Below, piece by piece: positions 35,615 to 36,051 of a DNA stretch of 36,051 bases; position 1 is the stretch's first letter, and the number at the start of each line of letters is the position of its first letter. The notes below the pieces were generated by a model that did not search any database, was not told where the DNA came from, and was given only the letters and a program-made list of their open reading frames with translations. The stretch lies in IMG/VR virus record IMGVR_UViG_2579778871_000005. The stretch is one strand, 5' to 3'. A program made the position numbers and the translations under genes. This DNA is from a virus (Duplodnaviria; Heunggongvirae; Uroviricota; Caudoviricetes).

Positions 35615-35649
35615 TGAAACGAGGTCGTAATGATGTTGGCCTCGTTTCA
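35615..35649. repeat. Inverted repeat (10-bp arms TGAAACGAGG / CCTCGTTTCA, 15-bp spacer) at the prophage right end
   Basis: Read directly from the sequence; starts 5 nt after the mor stop; the right arm ends in CA at 35649 and overlaps the 9-bp word TTTCAGTAT also present at 473-481. Confidence 0.5.
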
Positions 35650-35763
35650 GTATCTGAAAAGCAATTACAGAAACCGTCCCGTTAAAACTCACCTCACCCC
35701 ATCTAATCCCATAATTATCGTGCAGATGATGGTGGGTTTATCTCACTTCTGATTAGGAAGCGT

Positions 35764-36051
35764 ATGCGCGCGATCGGTAAATTGCCTAAAGGCGTGTTGA
35801 TACTGGAATTTATCGGAATGATGCTACTGGCGGTGGCGCTGCTGTCGGTAAGCGACTCCCTGTCGCTGCCTGAGCCATTTTCTCGGCCAGAAGTGCAGAT
35901 TCTGATGATTTTTCTCGGTGTTTTGCTCATGCTTCCCGCTGCGGTGGTGGTTATTCTTCAGGTGGCAAAACGTCTTGCCCCACAGCTGATGAACCGTCCA
36001 CCGCAATATTCACGTTCAGAAAGAGAAAAAGATAATGACGCCAACCATTGA
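35764..36051 (+). CDS. ybjC: Small inner-membrane protein, host gene flanking the prophage (ybjC-like)
   Basis: 95-aa ORF with two hydrophobic helices, divergent from grxA as in the E. coli K-12 grxA/ybjC arrangement as I recall it; AGGAAG before the ATG. Confidence 0.65.
   Translation: MRAIGKLPKGVLILEFIGMMLLAVALLSVSDSLSLPEPFSRPEVQILMIFLGVLLMLPAAVVVILQVAKRLAPQLMNRPPQYSRSEREKDNDANH

Larger units (their letters stand above)
483..35649. mobile_element. Mu-like transposable prophage (Mu-like head, P2-like tail, DDE transposase plus AAA+ ATPase early operon); ends approximate
   Basis: Contiguous phage gene set between host grxA and ybjC-like genes. Ends placed at a 5'-TG (483) and a 3'-CA (35649) next to near-identical short flanks GTATG (478-482) and GTATC (35650-35654). 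Exact ends not verified. Confidence 0.55.

Noticed and set aside
35618-35650. Hairpin after mor as a canonical Rho-independent terminator
   Set aside because: No U-rich tract follows the stem on either strand; kept as an inverted repeat possibly related to the prophage end rather than a confident terminator.
1-36051. CRISPR arrays, tRNA or rRNA genes, site-specific integrase, DNA invertase with invertible fiber segment
   Set aside because: Looked for regularly spaced repeats, tRNA-like structures at the prophage edges, tyrosine/serine recombinase-like ORFs and an invertase near the fiber genes; none seen by eye. Absence is not proven without tRNAscan or CRISPR-finder runs.

Overview
The window is almost entirely one ~35 kb Mu-like transposable prophage sitting between two host genes: grxA (1-258, minus) and a small inner-membrane protein gene I take to be ybjC (35764-36051, plus). 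All calls are from reading the translated ORFs and the DNA by eye; no searches or computations were run, so family assignments are recollection of motifs, not database hits. The prophage has two divergent arms. The right arm (28.6-35.6 kb, plus strand) is a Mu-type early operon: Ner/Cro-like protein, DUF3102-like protein, DDE transposase, AAA+ transposition ATPase, DUF3164-like protein, MazG-like protein, GemA-like protein and Mor-like activator, with an XRE-type repressor transcribed divergently. The left arm (0.5-25.1 kb, minus strand) carries lysis genes (holin candidate, lytic transglycosylase, Rz/Rz1), a Mu-like head module (small and large terminase, portal, F-like, G-like, protease/scaffold, major capsid), a P2-like contractile tail module (sheath, tube, tape measure, U/X/D/V/W/J/I-like proteins, tail fiber, assembly protein), and a com/mom DNA-modification module next to grxA. 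The most interesting region is an AT-richer three-gene cargo island (25196-28031) directly downstream of the repressor on the same strand: a lipoprotein, a diverged NdpA/YejK-like nucleoid-associated-protein homolog, and a translationally coupled protein with two C-terminal transmembrane helices. I do not recognise this pair as a named system and flag it as a candidate lysogeny-expressed defence or exclusion module. Other points worth a look are an antisense membrane-protein gene inside the tail operon, a permuted-papain-like gene coupled to the tail fiber assembly gene, repeat clusters at likely late and early promoters, and short repeats marking the probable prophage ends. No rRNA, tRNA or CRISPR array was seen.
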